Part shown: piece after piece, positions 39,564-64,000 of the stretch
How the letters are laid out: every line of letters begins with the position of its first letter
Position numbering within the stretch: position 1 is the stretch's first letter
Source of the DNA: Amoebidium appalachense
Lineage: Eukaryota; Protista; Ichthyosporea
Assembly (NCBI GenBank): GCA_963693365.1
Contig: CAVNZM010000017.1
Coordinates: forward strand, 597,989 to 661,988
Direction: 5' to 3'
DNA: 64,000 nt
Program-made: the position numbers and the translations under genes
The notes under the pieces: generated by a model
The model's database searches: none
Told to the model about the DNA's origin: nothing
What the model saw: only the letters and a program-made list of their open reading frames with translations

Positions 39564-40976
39564 GAGGAGGGAGAAGGGGGGGAGGGGAAGGGTGAAAGAG
39601 AGAGAGAGAGAGAGAGAAAGTGCATACCGCCTCCTCCTCAGCCTCTTTAATCTTGCGCTGGTTCTCCTTAAAGGTGGCCACGACATCCTTGCCCTTATAG
39701 TACTCGAGAATGGGTCGCACATCTTGCGTGCCGCTCAGTGCAAGTGCTGGGTTGGTGCAGTTAGTGAGCATGGGGAATCTTTAAGGTGCACAAACACACA
39801 AACACACATGCACACGCGCACGCACACACGAGCACTCGTGTCATGCAGGAACACACGGGAACACACACTCACTTAGCAGGCACAAACGCACAAACACATG
39901 CACATAGACAAGCACGGACCATGCATGCACACGTATACACACCTTGACCCGCACACACAGCACATAAACTCACACCCGCCCACCCACCCACCCTCCCTCA
40001 CACACGCACACACACGCACGCACGCACACACACACACCCAGACCCACACACAGCTCACACAGAAACCTACAGGAACGAGAGAGAAATAGAGAGAGAAGGC
40101 AAGGGGAGTAGAGAGAGGATGAGACAGAGAGATAGAGAAACAGCGAGATCGAGAGAGAGGGGGAGAGACAAGCGCACATACTCTGGAAAAATGGTACGAG
40201 GTCGATGAGTGTTGTGTCGTTGGAGTCACCGGTCCAGGGGGGCAGGCACAGGCCATTATCGGGGTTGAGGGAGTAGTGTGCGGGATCGGTATCCACGATC
40301 ACCACTTGGCGCAGATCACGGTTGAGACACGTCAGATCCTGAGAGTGAGTGTGGTGTGAGTATATAAAGACTATGCATGCAAGAGAAGAGCATATAAGCG
40401 TAGGTAATAACACATGCAAAAGTGTTTGTGTGTGCCCACTGGCTTGATGAAGAGGAAAGGGGAGGGAGGTGCCCCCCCCCCCCCCCCCCCCCCCTCCCCC
40501 GGCGGGGGGCCCCCTTCTGCCATTCTTTGCGCCTGTGTCCCTCCCCTTTTCCCCGGGCAACAACAGACTACCTGCGCAACACCATAAAAAAAAACAGGCC
40601 TTTCCTAAACCTAACATCACACTTTACAGAGCCTCATTCACACGTATAATCAGACGCAGGCAAAAAAAAAAAACACACGTGCATCAGACTAAGCACGCAC
40701 ACGCACGCACGCGCACGCACACACGCAGGAACACGCGTGCACACACCCACCCACACCCACACCCACCCACCCACATATACATACAAATACATACAGACAC
40801 ACCCACCCACCCACCCACACACACACACGCACACACCCACCTTGATGTGCACACCATCCTTGTAACGGGTGCTCTCACGGAACAACATGTGGTAGATTGA
40901 TGGCTCGGCACCCTGCAGCTTCTCAAGAAGAGGAATAGCCGTCTGTACGTGTATGTGTACGTGTATGTGTACGTGT

Positions 40977-41016
<40 letters not shown>

Positions 41017-41157
41017 ACGCGTGCGTGCGTGTGTGTGAATGTGTGCGTTCGTGCGCGCGCGTACTTGTAGATGTGTGTGTGTGTGTGAACTTTGGTGTTT
41101 GTGTCTGTGGGGGCAGGAGGGAGGTGTACACTTTTCTTTTTCTTTTTGGCTTGCCGG

Positions 41158-41192
<35 letters not shown>

Positions 41193-41322
41193 GACATAAG
41201 AAGGCAAGGTTAATAAAATTACACTACATGACTAGGGAATTTTCGGCCACAAAGTGAGTACGATGGCGCATGCAGATTGCTGGTTATAGAAGAGAGCACA
41301 CAAGGAGAACGCCGTCTTGGAG

Positions 41323-41393
<71 letters not shown>

Positions 41394-41766
41394 CATACAT
41401 GCACACATGTATGCAGTGTGCTTTTGGATGGGCATACGTGCCCCCCAACCATGTACCCCCTCCCCCCCCCCCCCTCCCCCCCCATTGGTCGCTATTTCTG
41501 GCTTACAAGATTGCAAATATCGGCGTCGGGCCTAAACAAACCCGTTTCCTGGAGTATGTCTTCTCCAGCCTCCCTCTTTGCTGCCCCTCTACAATAATTC
41601 GCATTCTATCTTCACGCACACACATGCACACACACACATGCACACACACACATGCATGCACGCACATGCATGCACGCACATGCGCCTGTAACCACACATC
41701 CCCACACCCTCACACTTCGACGCACACGCACGCCCACACATCCCCCTACACGTATTTTCCGCACAT

Positions 41767-41809
<43 letters not shown>

Positions 41810-42356
41810 ACACACACATCCACCCATACACACACGCGCGCAACCCTCCCTCCTTCCACCCCCCCCCCCCCCCCCCCCCCACACACGCACACGTACGTAC
41901 CCCGGATGTCACGGACGTGTAGACCACCACCTCGTAGAACTGGGCCATGAACGCAAGGAACTCACGTGCCCCCTTGCGCACCTTCACACGGTACCCATTT
42001 TCTGGCTGAGAGGAAAGTTAGTTCTATTCAAAAACAAAAACAAAGACAGATGTAGGTACATAAAGAGGAGAAACCGGTGCTGGGGGAACTGCGCCCCTTA
42101 GCATGGACAAGGTTGGGTGGCATACACGCAAAACATGCACACGTGTATCCCCACAGATCAATGCACACACACACCCCCCCCTCCTTCATACACACATACA
42201 CCCGTGCACACACACATGAACAACCCCACCCACCCACCCGCCCACACGTGCACACACGCAGGAGGATATGGCATTCATACCCGTTCTAACACGACGAAGT
42301 GTTCTCCTCCACATCCCCTCAACTAACACCAGCATATCTTCACTGCTACCTGAAAT

Positions 42357-42387
<31 letters not shown>

Positions 42388-43458
42388 CACACACACACAA
42401 ACATGCAGCACCGTCACCAACATCAACCGGAGGGGGGAAAAAGGGCAACACATTGGTAGGTAACCCCCCCCCCTCCACGGGTTCACCAACCAAGAACACA
42501 CATGTACATTTCCCTGCCCTCCCAACCCCCCCCCCCCCCCCCCTTCACACTACACAACACCCTCTCTCCCCCCCCTCCCCCCCCCCCCCCCTCCCCCCCC
42601 CCCCCCCCCCCCAAAAAAAAAAAAAAAAGAACCCCGGGGGGGGGGGGGGGGGGGGGGGGGAAGGGGGGATAAACATTATACAACCCATTAATCACACCTC
42701 CTCGTCTCCTCCCCTTGCCACCTACCCTAACCCTGTTCCACAACAACAACATGCCCCCCCCCCTCCCCCCCCCCCCCCTCCTCCCCCGGGCTGGGTGCCA
42801 AAAAAAAAAAAAAAAAAAAAAAACAAGAAAAAAAAAAGAAAAAAAAAAAGAAGAAAAAACAAGAAAAACCAAACACACCGTCCACTCCGAGTAAGTCAGC
42901 AGCTGATTGTATTCGAGCACCAGGGTGATGGGGGGCTGCCCGGGCAGGGGGTCCGGCAGCAACGTGTCGAAGGCAGGGTCTGCATAGTACTGTGTGCAGG
43001 GTTAGAAAAAAATACATGGTTTAGGCACGCGCATGCGAACACTGGTAAATGCGAAGGGGCATGCTTTCATCTGCGTGATACTGCTCAAAACCACCCCCCA
43101 CCCACCCACCCACTCACACCCCACCAGACACACACACGCAGACACGCAAACCCGCCCACATGCTTGCTAACACGCCCGGAAACACACACACAAGCACACA
43201 CACACAAGCACACACACACACGCACGCCCATGCGCAGGGGAAGAGGGAGAGGGGGTGGGTGGGTGGGGGGAGGAGTTGAGAAAGAGAAAAGAGATAAGGG
43301 AAACTCGTGGTAAGTGTGTCGAAAATCCGTGCGTGTCTGAAGTGTAAAAAGACGGGTGGGTGCAGTTTGGTATCTGTGAGTGTGAAAGGAAGGAGGGGAA
43401 ACAAGATGGGGAAAGCGATGTGTTTGTGAATGTGGTTGGTAGTGGTGGTGATTGGGGG

Positions 43459-43491
<33 letters not shown>

Positions 43492-44283
43492 AGGAGCATA
43501 GCAATGCATTGCATCAGCAGTAAGTGCATTTCCTATCTCGGCATATGTGTAGGCAAACACAGGGGTCATGGCGGGGGATAAAAGAAAAGGGGGAGGGGGG
43601 GAGGGGGGGGGGGGACGGGGGGACGGGGGGAGGGGAGGGAGCACGTACATGGTAGAAGGCCATAATGCGATCCTGTGCACGCTTATAATACTGCATCGGT
43701 AGGCTCACTGTGTGAAAGACCAGGGTTAGAAATAATGGGTGTGATTACGAGAGGGAGGAAAAAGGCATTGGAACGGTGCGGGGGAGAGGGGACGGGGGGA
43801 GGGGGGGGGGGGGAGGGTTGGTGTTCTCATACGGCATGAAAGAGCTTAAACGGAAGGGACAATGGCTGGTGAGTGTTTGGGCAGCGCATAAGAAAAGGGG
43901 GCCAGGCAAAAACTAACAGGAAACTACAACGTACTTTCAAACACTAGGGGAGAGAGGGAGAGAGGGAGGGAGGGGGGGGGGGGAGGGGGGTGGAAAAAAA
44001 GAGGGCAGGCGGGCAGGGGGGGGGGGGGGGGGGGGGGGCTGGAAATGCAAGAAGAGGGTGGGCAGGTGTGGGGATGAAAAAGGGATGGGGTAAAAAATTG
44101 CGGGAGGGAGGAGAGGGACTGGAGGGGAAGGAGTAAAAAGCGAGAACGGGAACCAAAAAACAGTGTGATTTGAATCAATACAGGCCATGTGTGTATCTGT
44201 AAATGTCTGTGTCTGTGTGCGTGTGCGTGCGTGCGCACATGTGTGTGTGTATGTGTGTGGTGTGTGCGTGTGTGTCTGTTTCT

Positions 44284-44322
<39 letters not shown>

Positions 44323-46058
44323 CGTGTAGGCGGGTGTGCATGTATGCTTATGCACGTGCGTGTATGTGTGTTCGTGTGTGTAGTTGTGTGTATGCGTGTA
44401 TGTTGTGTGTATGCGTGTTCCGAGTGTGTGTGCGCACATGTGAATGCATGCGCCCCTGCCGGTCTCTGTTTAAAAAGCATACACACATGTATAGTTTTCG
44501 ACCGAAGTGTGTGCCAGTGAACGTGGGTGTCCATTGGGGGAGGGGGGGGATACTTACAGTCATCGTAGCGGTGAGCCAGCTGTCCAATCTCCTCCTCGCG
44601 ATCTGGCCGACCTGACATCCCACCAATCAGCACACACACACACAAACACACACACACACAAACACACCTTGCCTATCCACCTATCCCCGCTATTGACTAG
44701 CAGTCGACCCTCCCTCCCCCCCCCTCCTCCTCCCCTCCCTGCCCAAAAACTATAACACCGTGCCCATATCAATTGGTCTTCTCACACACTCTCAAACCTC
44801 CCCCCCCCCCCCCCCCCCACACACACACGAAATGGCAAGAGTGGTAGGCACATGGGATACAAGGAGGCGTATACCAACATGCACATACATACCTTAAACC
44901 TGCCCCCCCTCCCCTCCCCCCCACCCATTCTCTTCCCTCCCTCCCCTCCCCTCCCCCCCCCCCCCCCCCCCCCCCCACACACACACACGTTGTCTCAAGT
45001 TATCTGTTATCCTCTGCATGTCCACTCTCTCGTTTCAACTATTTATCTGTCAAACATGTTCCTCCTATATGTACGCTGAGTTCCCCGGGAGGGGGGGGGG
45101 GGGAGGGCGGAGCAGACCGTGTTGAGAAGTACAAAGTCCAGGACAATACAACACATATTTTGCAAAAAAGACCATGACACAAACATTACACATCCGACGC
45201 GGGCGAGGTGGAGGGGAGGAGGGAGGGAGGGGGGGGAGGGGTGTTTTGAGGCACTCACCGAGGTATGTGAGACCAAAAAGACCTGCGCCCAAAAATGCTC
45301 CCCCGATGGCCGACCCCATGCCCCCGGACTTCTTGGCGGTGCTCATGGCCCGACGGGCAAAGGCACTAATCGGGCCGGACCGAGCCAGCTGACCCGGAGA
45401 GGGTCGCACAGCACCATAGCTGTTGCTGGTCAGGGAGGAAAGGGTGTGGCTGAACCGCTGAAAAAAGAAATAAGTATGTGAGCGGGTGGTGCTAATGACG
45501 GCCTACCCCAACAAGGGGTGACGGGGGGGGGGGGGTCAGGGGGAGGGAAGGGCGGGTTGCCGGGGGGGGGGGGGGGGGGGGGGTCAGGGGGAGGGAAGGG
45601 CGGGTTGCCGGGGGGGGGGGGGGAGGGGGGATCAGGGGGAGGGAAGGGCGGGTTGCCCGGGGGGGGGGGGGGGGGGGGGGTGAGGGGGAGGGGGGGTAAG
45701 GGGAGGGGAGAAGGGGTAGGGGGAAGGAGGGAGGGGGAAAGAGTGAGTGACCGGGGGAATGGGCAAATGAATGTGGGTATGTGTATCCGTGTTTATGCAA
45801 GGATGGCTCGTGAGGTGTGCGTGTTTGGGTGTGTCTATGGAGGGAGGGGGGGGGGGGGGGCGCGGTTTTACCCATGTGCGACCGAGTTATTGGGAAGTAA
45901 GCAGGCAAGAATGCGAAAATTTGGTTGTGTTTTAGGGCACGTTTGTGCGTGTGTGGCTTCATGTGTGCGTGGATATGTCTAGGAGTGCGCCTCTGTGTGT
46001 GTGATCGTGGGAGGGATCCGGGGTTGAGCAGTAGAGGGAAGAGGTGTTAGCCAGAAAT

Positions 46059-46106
<48 letters not shown>

Positions 46107-46628
46107 GGCCTGTAAGCGTGAACATACCGTGCGGGTGAGTGTGTGTGTGTGCGCGCGGGTGGATGTATCTATGCAGTTACATTGCAAGGTATCAAACTCC
46201 CCTCCCCCCCACCCCCTCCTTCTCTCCCCCCCCCCCCCCCCCCCCCCCCCCCTCCCCCCCCCTTCCCCCCCTCCCCCTTTCCCCCCCTCAACTGTAACCT
46301 GAGTACCAATTGCAATCTGGATGGCTGCATGTGTTTTCCCGTTCAGTACCTTCAGAGGGCTCTGTGTGCATGCTTTAGGCGCAGAGAATTGGCTGGCCAC
46401 CCGCTGCGCTGCCCGCGCCAGGGACCTGCGATATTCTGGTAAGCAAACAGAAAAACAGTTCTCTATTTCTTCTACAGAAAAGAAGGGACAGGGGGGAGTG
46501 AAGGGACAAGCGAGCTGCTGGCACCACAACTATACACAGCCGATTATGAAACCAAATTCATGTAGGAAAGAGGAGCAGGGAAACTAAAAGAAGGGATACT
46601 TAGAGGCGCACCTTGTTGTAAGAAGCAT
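38267..46628 (-). CDS. TIM50: Mitochondrial import inner membrane translocase subunit TIM50, ~411 aa. Exons (minus strand): 46612-46628, 46350-46425, 45259-45457, 44558-44611, 43649-43707, 42879-42989, 41901-42005, 40841-40942, 40182-40338, 39628-39746, 39003-39107, 38267-38398
   Basis: Arg/Ser/Ala-rich presequence MLLTTRSLARAAQRVASQF..., a single TM segment (AIGGAFLGAGLFGLTYLG), then an FCP1-like domain: DPAFDTLLPDPLPGQPPITLVLE...EWT...KVRKGAREFL...YEVVVYT...[24 protein letters not shown]...W.GD.ND..L.DL...DVRPILEYY. All junction phases are consistent. Confidence 0.93.
45520..45680. repeat. Three copies of CAGGGGGAGGGAAGGGCGGGTTGCC separated by poly-G
   Basis: Directly visible in TIM50 intron 2. 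Confidence 0.8.
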
Positions 46629-47197
46629 GTTTTGAGTCCTACAAAAAAACCACCATAAACCCTCGCAACCCTAACCAGTCAGTTGATTTTTGTGAAGTGT
46701 GTGCGACTCCCAGCACGCGGCTATGAGCCTTCGCGGACACGAAATATTGTGCGCACCCACGCCTTGCGTGATAATAAACGAATCACAAAGCGTCGCTAAA
46801 GGTACTTTTCGGTTCGGGTCATGGGGCAAAAGAAAGTTTCTAGTCGCATGATTCGAACCTCGATTGCTTGCCCGGGAAAGATCATCAAAACCGATTAACC
46901 AAATAAGGCGATTTTGCTCTTTTTGATGTCTCTTTCTATTTGCGGTTAGATCTCCTGCGTTATGATTGGCGGATAGCTCAAAAACAAACACAAGTGTGGC
47001 TTTCATGTGCACTGCACACAAAACAAAACAAAACTTTTGTTCACCCGAGTGTGTGTGACGTTTGGTGTTATAAGTGAGAAGGTCGTTTGCTACGCCTACA
47101 GCTCCCTTTATTGCTACAGAACACGCCTATATAACCTAAAAAAGACCAGCGGTGCTGGTGTCTTAAAATCGCGAAAACGCAGGCCTTAAGAGCAAAG
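46629..47197. promoter_or_regulatory. Bidirectional promoter between TIM50 and DNPEP (~570 bp)
   Basis: Divergent start codons at 46628(-) and 47198(+). The interval is microsatellite-free, with ATTGG (CCAAT on the minus strand) at 46965-46969 and TATATAA at 47128-47134. Confidence 0.6.
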
Positions 47198-63951
<16,754 letters not shown>

Positions 63952-64000
63952 TTCTATTGGCCAGATATCACGCCACCGTTGCGCTCCATTGGAGCAGCAG

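Noticed and set aside
42879-42989. Active FCP1/SCP-type CTD phosphatase
   Set aside because: DxDxT is replaced by LEYNQL, and the presequence plus TM segment identify it as TIM50, where this degeneration is expected.
46845-46905. tRNA gene on the minus strand (A-box-like TGGTTAATCGG and B-box GGTTCGAATC, ~31 nt apart)
   Set aside because: The T-arm and acceptor stems do not pair and a TTTT run follows the A-box. At most an isolated B-box.

Overview
Intron-dense eukaryotic nuclear DNA, probably from a unicellular opisthokont/holozoan-like organism (inference only). The introns are saturated with poly-C/poly-G runs and (CA)n/(GT)n/(CT)n microsatellites, so most of the supplied ORF track is noise. 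Assembling exons by hand gives four spliced genes in two head-to-head pairs: a bestrophin/UPF0187-like channel (- strand) opposite condensin I subunit CAP-G (+), and TIM50 (-) opposite M18 aspartyl aminopeptidase DNPEP (+). An intronless, disrupted LRR pseudogene lies between the pairs. Main highlights: (1) the CAP-G exon chain continues into an intact HP1-type chromodomain, a possible condensin-chromodomain fusion, but this depends on one ambiguous splice donor; (2) three near-identical, 5'-truncated copies of a Penelope-like (Naiad/Chlamys-type) retroelement sit in poly-C tracts of DNPEP introns 3, 5 and 7, and the only two substitutions seen in their shared ~655-nt 3' segment form a compensatory base pair; (3) many introns start with (GT)n and end with (CA)n or ACACGTRCAG instead of a polypyrimidine tract; (4) a compact Myb/CCAAT/E2F/CHR motif cluster lies upstream of CAP-G.
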